A DNA stretch of 61,832 nucleotides, filler included, from Spirochaetales bacterium (GTDB lineage Bacteria > Spirochaetota > Spirochaetia > Treponematales > UBA12059), in NCBI GenBank assembly GCA_016928955.1. It is 5 parts of 5 records of this genome, joined end to end, with 100 filler letters (N's around TTAATTAATTAA, not from the genome) between each part and the next. Parts side by side here need not be neighbours in the genome. Positions count along the whole stretch, not along the records: positions 8,941 to 32,515 come from JAFGJV010000011.1; 4 more parts are not named here. One strand, written 5' to 3'. Within the stretch, counting starts at the first letter, position 1. Every line of letters starts with the position of its first letter. A program made the translations under genes and the position numbers. Shown here one piece after another: positions 17,955 through 27,268 of this stretch. The notes under the pieces are model-generated. The model ran no database searches, was not told where the DNA came from, and was given only the letters and a program-made list of their open reading frames with translations.

Positions 17955-20900
17955 TCAGGACACCGGGCCTTGGCCGGCGTGGTAGCCCCTGGCCGCCAGC
18001 GTCTTATCTATGAAAACCTTCCATGCCGGGTCTTCCGGCAAGTCCCGACCCAGTTCCAGGAAGGCCGCGTACGCGTTTTCATAGTCGCCAGAATCGTACA
18101 TGAACACGGCTCTCTCAAAGCGGCCCCTCAGCTCCGCTTTGCGCGCGGTGGCCTGGCTGCCGTCGGGCAGGATGAGCTCGTACATGGGGACCGGGCTGTC
18201 CTCCGGCCTGAACTGGCCGGTTCCAAGGTACCGGATGGTGTACTCGTCCTCGTCGGCCTGCTTGAGTCCTTCCACAACGGTTCCGGACACGATTACCTGG
18301 GCGCCGAACAGCTTGGTTTGGGTTTCCAGCTTGAAGGCCAGTTCCACGGCGTCCGATATGATGGTCCTGTCCATGCGCAGGGTTTCCCCAACGGTACCGA
18401 GCATCAGGTCGCCCGTGTGTATGGCTATGCCGGCTTCTATGCGCTCCTCTCCGGTTGCGGAAAGTTCATCGTTGTACTGGCTCAGGGCCGCCCGCATGGC
18501 CACGGCCGCCCTGACCGCGTCCTTGGGTGAACGCGGGAATATGGCCATCAGCGAGTCGCATATGTACAGGTCAATGAAGCCGCCGTTGGACCTGACCGCC
18601 GGCCCTATTTTGGACAGGTAATTATTGACCCGCTGGAAGATGGCGCTGGGACCCAGGCGGCTGAACAGCTGCCTGAACCCGCGTATGTCCGACACCAGGA
18701 GCGTCATGACGCCCTGGACATGGTCGCCCAGAGCGGTCTGGAGTATGCCGTCCCTGCCGAGAAGCCCCAGAAATTCGGTGGGCACGAACCTGGAGTATGC
18801 TTCCGTTACCTTGGCCAGCTCGATGTGGGTTTTCAGCCGCGCGCGCAACTCGATGATGGACACTGGTTTGGCGACGATGTCGTTGGCGCCGACCATGAAC
18901 GCCGACTCAATGTCCGCAGGCCGGGTGCGGGCGCTCATCAGTATGACCGGCAGGCTGGCGCCGGGCCGCTCCTTTCGTATCAGCGAGCACACCTCAAAAC
19001 CGGACAGCTTGGGCAGCATGACCGACATGAGCACGAGGTCTGGAGCGGGGCTTTCGGCCAGGCGCGTGAGAGCATCCTGCCCGTTGGCCGCCACCAATAC
19101 GTCGTAGCGGTCACGCAGGCCGTTTTCCAGGATGCGGAGGCAGGCGGGGTCGCCTTCCACAACGAGCACGCGGAAACGGGTCGAGTCAGAGAAGGGTCCT
19201 TCGTCGTCCAGGGGTATGAGGTCGTCAACCTCGTCGATGATCGGCGGGGCATCGGGGATGGAGGCAGGCTGGGCCTGGTCGGGGCGGGCGGCGGCCGCAA
19301 GCTCGAATTCGAACTGGCTGCCCTGCCCCGGAAGGCTCTCGGTTTTCAGCGTGCCGCCGTGCAGGTCCACAAGCAGGCGCGCTATGGGCAGGCCAAAGCC
19401 GCCCGCTGTGCCGCCCGCGCTGTGCGAAGGGTCTCCGCCCGTATCCGTTACGGATATTCTGACCGTCCGTCCGTCGCTGTGGGCCTTGACGCTGATGGCG
19501 CCGCGCTCGGTGGATCCTGCCGCCTGTCCTACCAGGTGATAGAGTATCTGCTCAAGCCTGGATTCGTCCGCCAGGACAAATATGTCTGGATCAACCAGGT
19601 TGAAAAAGCCCACGTCCGGTTTTTTAAGGTCCGCGCAGAACCTCAGGGCTATGTCGGTCAGGGGCTTGAGCTCAACGGGCTTTTTCTGGATGGACAGGTC
19701 CTGGTGCTCGAGCCGGGAGTAGTCCTGGATGTCGTCTATGAGCCCGTACAAGCGCCTGCCTGTCCGGGCTATCAGGTCGGCTGTGTCCCTTTCCGCTCCG
19801 CCCAGCTGAGGGGCGGACAGCATGGTTTCAGCCAAAGCGACCATGGTGTTGAGCGGAGAACGCAGTTCGGCCGACGTGGTGGCCAGAAAATCCGCCTTTA
19901 TCTCAGCCTGTTTTTTGAGCTCGCGGTTCTGGGTCAGGAGGGTGGTATGGGCCTCTTTGAGCTCGGCGCTCATGCGGTTAAACGAGGCCGTGAGGCGGCC
20001 AACTTCGTCGTTGGTGGATACCTCAAGTGGTTCCAGTTCCTGGTCCGATTCCAGGCACGATAGCAAGGTCTCAACACCGTTGGCCAGGTTGGTGATGGGT
20101 TGGACAAGCTGGCGCGACAAAATGAGGCCGGCGGCCAAGGCCAGGATGACAGCGGCCATGGTGATGGCGGCCACATAGGCGGCCGCTTCAGACACACCCG
20201 TATCCGGGCTGGGAAGCGATACAGCGGCCAGGTAGCTGGCTGACAGCACGTCCGGCAGCTTGGTCGACCTGACGGTCCTATACGCCCCGTCGCCGCTGAG
20301 GGAGCGCGAGGGCGCGCCCAACGACGAGCCGTTTCCGGGCTCCGGCAAGGGAACGGCAAAGGCCCCCGCCAGGTTCCTGCCAAAGGGGTCGCGGCGCGTG
20401 GTCAGGAGAACCCGCGCCTTTTGTCCCGTCGCCTTGTCTATGATGTCAAAATCAGCGTCCATGGCCGTGGAAAGCACTTCCAACGCGGAACGCTCGATAG
20501 ACACGGCCCCGATGAGGGCTGTGCCGCCCTGGGTGCTAACCCTGCAAAAAATCCTGATGCCGCCCGTATCCACGGTGGCGCTCAGCGGCGGTCCGGTAAG
20601 CCCGGGCCCGTATCCGGCGGCCTCAAAGTCTATCTCGCTCAAAGCATGCGAGCGTAGCCCGCCGTCAGTTTGTTCCCAGGCCAGCCCGTCCAGCTCGTAT
20701 TCGGCCGCCAGGACAGCCAGGCTGGTGGCCAGCTTACCGTTGTCGTGGGCCAGCTCTGTGTAGCGGGGGTCTTCCGACAACTGCCTGGTCCGGGCGACGA
20801 CAAAGCTGACTTTCCGGTTGACGGTGTCGCTGAGATAGGCGCTGGCATACGCAAAGCGGTCCTCAAGACGGGCAGTCTCAACCCCGCCCGATATGCGCGT

Positions 20901-21011
20901 CAGCATCAAGGACAAACCGAGTATGGGCAACCCTATGACAATGGCAAAGGTCAGGAATACCTTGTGGCTGATCCTGGAACTGCTTGCTGATCCTGATTTT
21001 TCCCTCTTCAC
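17955..21011 (-). CDS. Membrane hybrid protein: extracytoplasmic sensor-HAMP-HisKA-HATPase-REC-class III cyclase, all catalytically degenerate
   Basis: Two TM helices, HAMP (DEVGRLTASFNRM), H-box SAELRSPL, REC DLVLMSVMLP, cyclase SDIRGF...GFIDLYICD...DAVELAFKLE. Confidence 0.85.
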   Translation of the reverse strand: MKREKSGSASSSRISHKVFLTFAIVIGLPILGLSLMLTRISGGVETARLEDRFAYASAYLSDTVNRKVSFVVARTRQLSEDPRYTELAHDNGKLATSLAVLAAEYELDGLAWEQTDGGLRSHALSEIDFEAAGYGPGLTGPPLSATVDTGGIRIFCRVSTQGGTALIGAVSIERSALEVLSTAMDADFDIIDKATGQKARVLLTTRRDPFGRNLAGAFAVPLPEPGNGSSLGAPSRSLSGDGAYRTVRSTKLPDVLSASYLAAVSLPSPDTGVSEAAAYVAAITMAAVILALAAGLILSRQLVQPITNLANGVETLLSCLESDQELEPLEVSTNDEVGRLTASFNRMSAELKEAHTTLLTQNRELKKQAEIKADFLATTSAELRSPLNTMVALAETMLSAPQLGGAERDTADLIARTGRRLYGLIDDIQDYSRLEHQDLSIQKKPVELKPLTDIALRFCADLKKPDVGFFNLVDPDIFVLADESRLEQILYHLVGQAAGSTERGAISVKAHSDGRTVRISVTDTGGDPSHSAGGTAGGFGLPIARLLVDLHGGTLKTESLPGQGSQFEFELAAAARPDQAQPASIPDAPPIIDEVDDLIPLDDEGPFSDSTRFRVLVVEGDPACLRILENGLRDRYDVLVAANGQDALTRLAESPAPDLVLMSVMLPKLSGFEVCSLIRKERPGASLPVILMSARTRPADIESAFMVGANDIVAKPVSIIELRARLKTHIELAKVTEAYSRFVPTEFLGLLGRDGILQTALGDHVQGVMTLLVSDIRGFRQLFSRLGPSAIFQRVNNYLSKIGPAVRSNGGFIDLYICDSLMAIFPRSPKDAVRAAVAMRAALSQYNDELSATGEERIEAGIAIHTGDLMLGTVGETLRMDRTIISDAVELAFKLETQTKLFGAQVIVSGTVVEGLKQADEDEYTIRYLGTGQFRPEDSPVPMYELILPDGSQATARKAELRGRFERAVFMYDSGDYENAYAAFLELGRDLPEDPAWKVFIDKTLAARGYHAGQGPVS

Positions 21012-22552
21012 GGCGTGGTTATCCTGCCCAGGGTTCCGGGTGCCACGCTGGACCGGTCCTGGAGCGCGGATTCAAGGATTCCCAGAATGGACGGCTCGTA
21101 GAAGCGTTCGCGCGCCAGGCCCATATCCGCAAAGTCGGTGTATCCGTCTCCCCCGCCAAAAATATACGCTTCCGTGCCCAACAGGTACACGGCATTGGGA
21201 TCCAGGGCCTTCCCGCCCACGCGGACGCTGGAAGGCAGCACCTGGTTCATGGGCGCGCGTTGCGGGTCCCAGGCAAAGCTTATGCCGGATACCTGGAGGA
21301 AGCCCCTGCCAGCCTGGGGCGCGCCCACAAAGGTGCAGCTTCTGTTGAGGATGCGCAGGAGCTGGGCTCCGGTCACCCGCGCCGTTACCACGTTGCCTCC
21401 GAAGGGAAGCGTGTCGTACACCTGCTTGCGCGTGATGGGTCCTTGCTGGAACGACGATCTGATCTTGCCAGAATTAAGCAGAAACACGTCGGCGCCGCAG
21501 TATTCCCTGAGTATGTCGGTGACCAGGTTGCCCATGCTGCATTCGTTTTCCGGGTCAAGGAAAAAATCGGCCGTGGCGGTGGCCACGGTGGCGTTCATGG
21601 TGCCCGACGTGGCGTTTTCTATGGAGTAGAGCAGGTCCGCCAGGGCCTGGTCCGGAGAAAACTCCCTGGAGTCGACGCTGACCGGCCGGAAGCTTGAGCC
21701 CTCCGGAGACGTGGCTATCAGCGTGTCGGCCACCATGAAGCCGTTGGTATAGCGGGCGCCGGACTGTATTACGATGACGCGGGGCCCGAGTTCCGTCTCC
21801 AGGACAGTCATGCCGTCCGGGAAGTCCGGCGACGGCGACCCGAACCAGTACTGGTCGATGCCTTCCAGCCTGAGGAGACGCTCCGCCGTTACGGCGTCTT
21901 GTGAGCCCTCAGGCGCTCCCCACACCACGCCGCCGGCGAACAGGCCTATGGTCTTGGCCCCGAGCCTGGACAGCTCAGCTAGCGTCTCGGATACGGCCTG
22001 GACCTCGTCAACCAGCTCAAGGCCTCTGACGTTCTGTTCCAGGTTTTGCTGGATGAGCTGTCGCGGCGCAAGGCCTATGAGGCCGACCTTGGCCCGCTGA
22101 TCCCAGAAATACGGCTTGAGGTAGGGAACGGGTGTGCCGTTGGCCAGGCGGACGTTGGCGGCCAGGAAGGGGAAGTCGGCCTTGCCCGCGAGGGTTTCCA
22201 GAGCATTGAGCCCGAAATAAAATTCGCGCGGGCCCACCACCAGGGCGTCAAAGCCGGACGCGTTCATCAGCTCCACCACGGCCTGGCCCTCGGAAAAATG
22301 GGCCTCTGGGGTGCCATGTATGGCGTTGAACACGGCCACCGTGTATACCGGCTGGCCCTCTGACAGGTTTTTGGCCTTTTTCAGGGCGGATGACAGGAGG
22401 GAGAAGCCTCCGCGGTACACACCGTCCTGTTCGATAGGCCACAGTTGGCCCCTGAGCGAGTTGACATGGAGCACGCGCGCCTTCTGCGCGGGGGAGCAGG
22501 AAAAAGCCAGTACGGAAAGCACGACGATACGCAAGAGAACCGATCTTTTCAT
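21008..22552 (-). CDS. 5'-nucleotidase-fold lipoprotein with degenerate metallophosphoesterase site
   Basis: Lipobox LAFSC; FPFLAANV; C-domain NSGKIR, LPFGG, FLQVSG, GGGDGY; metal motifs replaced (HVNSLRG, GPREF). Confidence 0.85.
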   Translation of the reverse strand: MKRSVLLRIVVLSVLAFSCSPAQKARVLHVNSLRGQLWPIEQDGVYRGGFSLLSSALKKAKNLSEGQPVYTVAVFNAIHGTPEAHFSEGQAVVELMNASGFDALVVGPREFYFGLNALETLAGKADFPFLAANVRLANGTPVPYLKPYFWDQRAKVGLIGLAPRQLIQQNLEQNVRGLELVDEVQAVSETLAELSRLGAKTIGLFAGGVVWGAPEGSQDAVTAERLLRLEGIDQYWFGSPSPDFPDGMTVLETELGPRVIVIQSGARYTNGFMVADTLIATSPEGSSFRPVSVDSREFSPDQALADLLYSIENATSGTMNATVATATADFFLDPENECSMGNLVTDILREYCGADVFLLNSGKIRSSFQQGPITRKQVYDTLPFGGNVVTARVTGAQLLRILNRSCTFVGAPQAGRGFLQVSGISFAWDPQRAPMNQVLPSSVRVGGKALDPNAVYLLGTEAYIFGGGDGYTDFADMGLARERFYEPSILGILESALQDRSSVAPGTLGRITTP

Positions 22553-22950
22553 GGTGCCTCCCCCGGGCAGCCTCGTCATACGCCAACGCACGACCCCGAA
22601 CGGCGATGTTATTAACAGCTTACATTATTACACTCATGCTGACGCCGAGGAAGTATATAATATTGTGGGGCGGAAAAACAGGCGGAATCGTTCTTGTCGC
22701 CTGCCCGCGTCTTGGCTATATTTGGTTAGGTTCCGGTGCCTTGCGTAGTGGTGTGTTCCCGCTGTCTTGATGGGCACATACGTTTTTGGTTCCGGTATCA
22801 AGCAGCCCTTGCCAGCGCCCGGTGCGCGCTCGGGGGCTCTGGTCTCCTGGTTTGACCCGGATATGCCGTCGCGCGTTCGCGGACGGGAATTCCGGTACCG
22901 CGCCCGTTGTAGGGGCGGATCATACGCGGCACTGCCGCTGGAGGATCAGT

Positions 22951-23658
22951 ATGAGAAAAGGATTCTTTATCGTTACGGCTGCCACCTTGGCCGTAGCCGG
23001 CGCCTCGGCCCTGAGCGTCAAAGGCAACGGCACGGTGGTTACCCAGGAACGAGACCTGTCGGGCTTCACATCCGTATCCGCGACCTCGGTGGAGGAAGTT
23101 TCCATAGAAAAAGGGAACGAATTCTCCGTTACGGTCACCATGGACCAAAACCTCCTGTCCAGTTACGAGACAAACGTGTCCGGCGGAACCCTGCACCTGG
23201 GCTTCAAGTCCGGCGTATCCGTATCGGCCATTACCAAGCTGCATGTCCATGTGGTCATGCCCGAGCTCAGGTCGGTCAGCGGTTCCGGTACGGGCACGTT
23301 CACCATAGCCAAAGGCTTCTCCGGAGCCGAGTTTGCGGCCTCCCTGTCCGGCACCGGCTCCCTGCGCGCCCATCTTGACTACAAAAAGGTCAGGATAGAC
23401 ATCAGCGGCACGGGCCAGGCCGAACTGAGCGGCAAAGCGGACGACGTCAAGGTTGCCATATCCGGCGCCGGGTCGCTGTCCGGCAGGTCCTTCCAGGCAA
23501 GGACGGCGACCCTGTCCATCAGTGGCACCGGTTCCATGAAAATCAGCGTTACCGACAACCTGGACGCCGTTATCAGCGGCTTGGGATCAATAATCTATTA
23601 CGGCTCGCCCAAGGTGGATCAACGCATATCGGGCTTGGGCAGCGTACAGAGGGGCTGA
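22951..23658 (+). CDS. Secreted GIN-domain (DUF2807-like) protein
   Basis: Signal peptide, VKGNGTVVTQER..GF, repeated ISGxGS beta-helix motifs, YYGSP tail. Confidence 0.85.
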   Translation: MRKGFFIVTAATLAVAGASALSVKGNGTVVTQERDLSGFTSVSATSVEEVSIEKGNEFSVTVTMDQNLLSSYETNVSGGTLHLGFKSGVSVSAITKLHVHVVMPELRSVSGSGTGTFTIAKGFSGAEFAASLSGTGSLRAHLDYKKVRIDISGTGQAELSGKADDVKVAISGAGSLSGRSFQARTATLSISGTGSMKISVTDNLDAVISGLGSIIYYGSPKVDQRISGLGSVQRG

Positions 23659-23732
23659 GCGGGCGGGGCTGTGCGGCACCCGCCGCACGGCCCTTTCGCA
23701 AGCGCCATGCTTCCTAGTACCATACTGTCTGT

Positions 23733-25085
23733 ATGGCAACAAAAACCAGTAAATCCAGTTTTGAATGCTCGTCCTGCGGCCACCGTGAGCCAAAGTGGCT
23801 TGGGCGCTGCCCGTCATGCGGCGAGTGGAACACCATGCGCGAGACCCAGGCGCCTGTGTCCGGCGGCAGGGCCGCGCGTCAGGGAGCCTTGACCCTGCCC
23901 CTGTCGGCCGTGGACCCTGCCGAGGGCGCGCGCCTGTCGTCAGGCAGCCCTGAGGTGGACCGGGTACTCGGTGGCGGCATCATGCGCGGATGCAGCGTTT
24001 TGGTGGGCGGCGAGCCGGGCATAGGCAAAAGTACCCTGCTTCTGCAGGTGGCAGCCAGGGCCTCCGTGCCCGGTCGCGTTTTGTACGTGTCCGGAGAGGA
24101 AAGCGCCGCCCAGATACGTCTGCGCGCCGACCGCTTGGGTTTGACCCGGGACGGGCTCGAGCTTATGTGCTCCGGCGACCTGTCCCAGATCATCAGCGCA
24201 CTCGAGCGCGTCAAGCCGGATCTCTTTGTGGTCGACTCCCTGCAAACCGTGGCCTCCGCCGAGGCCGGCGCTGTTCCCGGCACGGCCAACCAGGTCAAAT
24301 ACTGCTCGCTGGAGCTGGCTGACTGGGCACGGGAGCGCGGCTCGGCGTGCTTCCTGGTGTCCCACGTGACCAAGGACGGTGTCATTGCCGGGCCCAAGGC
24401 GGCCGAGCATACGGTGGACGTGGTGCTGATGTTCGAGCAGAGCGACAGCGACGTCAGGTTCCTGCGGTCGGCCAAGAACCGTTTTGGCTCAACGGACGAG
24501 GTCGGCTTGTTCCAGATGGGCGAGCGCGGCCTTGAGGAGCTGGATGACCCCTCCAGCGTGTTCCTGGTCCGCCGCGACGGCGCCAATCCGCCCGGTTCCG
24601 CGGTGGCGGCAACCTGGGAGGGCACCAGGTCCATCCTGGTCGAGATCCAGGCCCTGACGGTGCCAGGCAAAGCGTCGCTTACCCGCGTGTTCTCGGAGCG
24701 GGTGGACGCGGCCCGCGTGTCGAGGGTGGCGGCGGTTCTGGAAAAGCACGTGGGCCTGCGGTTCTCAGACCAGGACATATACGTCAACGTGGCTGGCGGG
24801 ATGCGCCTGTCCGAGCCGGGCATAGACCTGGCCCTGGCCGCGGCCCTGTACTCGGCGCGTAGCGGTCTGCCCCTGCCGCCAAGGGTGGCCCTGGCCGGGG
24901 AATTGTCCCTGGCCGGCGAAATCCGGCGGGTCAGACGCATGAAGGGCCGCAGTCGCGCGGCCAAAGCCCTGGGTTTTGATACGGTATACGGGCCGCAGGA
25001 TACCGCGGCGGCAAGCTCTGAGGCCGGAGATGGCTGGTCTGTCGTCGGACGGGTGGATGAGGCGGTGAAAAAACTCTTTTCGTAG
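23733..25085 (+). CDS. radA: DNA repair protein RadA/Sms
   Basis: C4 zinc finger, GEPGIGKST, KNRFG, Lon-like C-terminus. Confidence 0.95.
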   Translation: MATKTSKSSFECSSCGHREPKWLGRCPSCGEWNTMRETQAPVSGGRAARQGALTLPLSAVDPAEGARLSSGSPEVDRVLGGGIMRGCSVLVGGEPGIGKSTLLLQVAARASVPGRVLYVSGEESAAQIRLRADRLGLTRDGLELMCSGDLSQIISALERVKPDLFVVDSLQTVASAEAGAVPGTANQVKYCSLELADWARERGSACFLVSHVTKDGVIAGPKAAEHTVDVVLMFEQSDSDVRFLRSAKNRFGSTDEVGLFQMGERGLEELDDPSSVFLVRRDGANPPGSAVAATWEGTRSILVEIQALTVPGKASLTRVFSERVDAARVSRVAAVLEKHVGLRFSDQDIYVNVAGGMRLSEPGIDLALAAALYSARSGLPLPPRVALAGELSLAGEIRRVRRMKGRSRAAKALGFDTVYGPQDTAAASSEAGDGWSVVGRVDEAVKKLFS

Positions 25086-25181
25086 CCGTTACGCGGGTGG
25101 CCGGGCCTACATCGTCGTCGCCTTAACCGGTTTAATTGCCCAGACGGGCCATGATCGCTATACTGGCAGACCGGAGGCTCC

Positions 25182-27164
25182 ATGCGGTTTAAACATCTCG
25201 GCCGGCACAGCACCGGTTTGGCCATGGCCTTAGGATCCGTTCGGACACACAAAGGTTGGCGCGTGGGAGAATATCCCGACCTGGCCCAGTTGGGAACGCT
25301 TGCGGCCAGCTCTGGGTTCAGCCTGATCCAGCTCCTTCCGTTGAACGACTCGGGCGGCCAGAGTTCCCCGTACTTTGCCCTGTCAGCCCACGCCCTGCAC
25401 CCTCTGTACATACGGGTGCGGGATTTGCCGGAGGCAGCAGGGGCGCCGGACGCCGTCAGACAGCTCGATGACTTTGCCAAAGCGGCCCGCGCGGGCGAGC
25501 GCTTTCCCTACCATGAGGCCCTGGCCGTCAAAATATCGGCCTTGCGTGCCGTGTACGACGCGTCCGCTGAGGAAGCGCAAGCCGGCTCCAGCCTGGAGAC
25601 CTTCATCAAGGACAACGACTGGGTGCGTCCATACGCCGTATACAAGCGCCTCAAGGCCTTGAACGCCGAGCGCTCCTGGCGGGAATGGGACGACTATCGT
25701 GACCCGGCGCCTGGGGATATCGAGCGCCTGTGGGGCGACCCTGCCCTGAGGCGGGAGCATTATTTCCACGTGTGGTGTCAGAGCGCGGCCTGGAGCCAGC
25801 TTGGAAAAGCGGCCGCCGAGCTTGAATCCCTGGGCATAGACCTGATGGCGGACCTCCCCATCCTCATGAACGAGGACTCGGCGGACGTATGGGCCGACCG
25901 GACCTTGTTCAGGCTGGACCTTCGCGCCGGCTCGCCTCCGGACGCCGGTTCGCCCCAGGGCCAGAACTGGGGCTTTCCCGTGTACAACAGGGAGGAACGT
26001 TCCGACACGGTGGCCGAGTTCTGGAAAACCAGGATACGGCTGACCGACCGTTACGCATCGTGCTACCGCCTGGACCACGTGTTGGGATTTTTCCGCCTGT
26101 GGGCCCTTCCCGAGCGCGAGCACAGCGGCGTCTTGGGGCGGTTTTTGCCCGGTAGTACCATCACGGAAGCAGAGTTGGGCGCCGCCGGGTTCTCGCCAGA
26201 GCGCGTTCGCTGGCTGTCCCTGCCCCACATCAGCAGCGCCGAGCTTCATGACGCGGCCAACGACCTGCCGGACGCGTCCGGGGCCGCCCTGGCCGTTACC
26301 ACGAGGGCCCTTGAGCGCATAGGGTCGGAGGAACTCTTCCTGTTCAGGAAAGGCATCACCGGCGAGCGGGACATAGACGCGCTCGGGCTGGACGAGCGCA
26401 TGGCCACGTGGCTCAAGCGACGCTGGAGCGACCGGACGCTGGTAGCCGTGGATACGGGCGGCTATGTGCCTGCCTGGGACTACCGCGCATCCAGCGCCTG
26501 GTCCAGCCTGTCGGACCAGGAGCGCGGTGTCCTGGAAGCGCTCCTGTCCCGGAAACGCGCCGACGATGAGCGGCTGTGGCTGGAGGGCGGGCGCTCGTTC
26601 CTGGCCATGCTCAAGGCGGAAAGCGGCATGCTCCCCTGCGCCGAGGACCTTGGCTCCATACCGCCCGGCGTGCCGGAAACATTGGCCGACCTTGGCGTTC
26701 TTGGACTCAGGCTGCCGCGCTGGACCAGGATTTGGCACCAGGAAGGACAGCCCTTTCTGCCGCTGTCCGACTATCCGCGGCTGTCCGTGTGCACGCCCAG
26801 CGTCCACGACACGTCCACGCTCAGGGGCTGGTGGGAGCTGGAGGATGGTCGGGAAGCCCTGGCTGGCGCGTATTGCCCGGATCTCCAGCCCGTACCCCGG
26901 CTGATGGATGCCGGCACGGAACTGCGGGTGCTCAAGACGCTGGCCCGAGCGGCGTCGCTGTTGTACGTGATCCAGATGCAGGATTTATTGGACCTGTCTG
27001 ACCGGTACCGATCGGACGACCCCTCGGCCGATCGGATCAACGTGCCGGGGGCCGTGGCAGAGTTCAACTGGACCTGGCGCATGGGCCCCCAGGTTGAGGA
27101 TCTCGTGTCAGACACGGGCTGGCTGGACGCCCTCCGGTCCATAGCGGCGGCCCGACCGGACTGA
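25182..27164 (+). CDS. malQ: 4-alpha-glucanotransferase (GH77)
   Basis: QLLPLND..SSPY, GQNWGFP, YRLDHVLGFFRLW, AEDLG, HDT, RINVPG. Confidence 0.92.
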   Translation: MRFKHLGRHSTGLAMALGSVRTHKGWRVGEYPDLAQLGTLAASSGFSLIQLLPLNDSGGQSSPYFALSAHALHPLYIRVRDLPEAAGAPDAVRQLDDFAKAARAGERFPYHEALAVKISALRAVYDASAEEAQAGSSLETFIKDNDWVRPYAVYKRLKALNAERSWREWDDYRDPAPGDIERLWGDPALRREHYFHVWCQSAAWSQLGKAAAELESLGIDLMADLPILMNEDSADVWADRTLFRLDLRAGSPPDAGSPQGQNWGFPVYNREERSDTVAEFWKTRIRLTDRYASCYRLDHVLGFFRLWALPEREHSGVLGRFLPGSTITEAELGAAGFSPERVRWLSLPHISSAELHDAANDLPDASGAALAVTTRALERIGSEELFLFRKGITGERDIDALGLDERMATWLKRRWSDRTLVAVDTGGYVPAWDYRASSAWSSLSDQERGVLEALLSRKRADDERLWLEGGRSFLAMLKAESGMLPCAEDLGSIPPGVPETLADLGVLGLRLPRWTRIWHQEGQPFLPLSDYPRLSVCTPSVHDTSTLRGWWELEDGREALAGAYCPDLQPVPRLMDAGTELRVLKTLARAASLLYVIQMQDLLDLSDRYRSDDPSADRINVPGAVAEFNWTWRMGPQVEDLVSDTGWLDALRSIAAARPD

Positions 27165-27172
27165 GCCGCATG

Positions 27173-27213
27173 AAAAACGGGCCGCCCGAGATCGGGCGGC
27201 CCGCTCCTTTTTT
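27173..27213. terminator. Bidirectional terminator
   Basis: A5-CGGGCCGCCCGA-GA-TCGGGCGGCCCG then T6, between convergent genes. Confidence 0.75.
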
Positions 27214-27222
27214 AGAAATCAG

Positions 27223-27258
27223 GGAGCCTCTAATAACCATGGGGTTTTTAGAGGTTCC
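27223..27258. repeat. REP-like palindrome
   Basis: GGAGCCTCTAATAACCATGGGGTTTTTAGAGGTTCC. Confidence 0.7.
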
Positions 27259-27268
27259 AATCAGCTAC

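Noticed and set aside
17955..22552. Calling the degenerate pair simple pseudogenes
   Set aside because: No stops or frameshifts; signal peptide, TM helices, gene overlap and structural motifs are intact while catalytic positions are changed.
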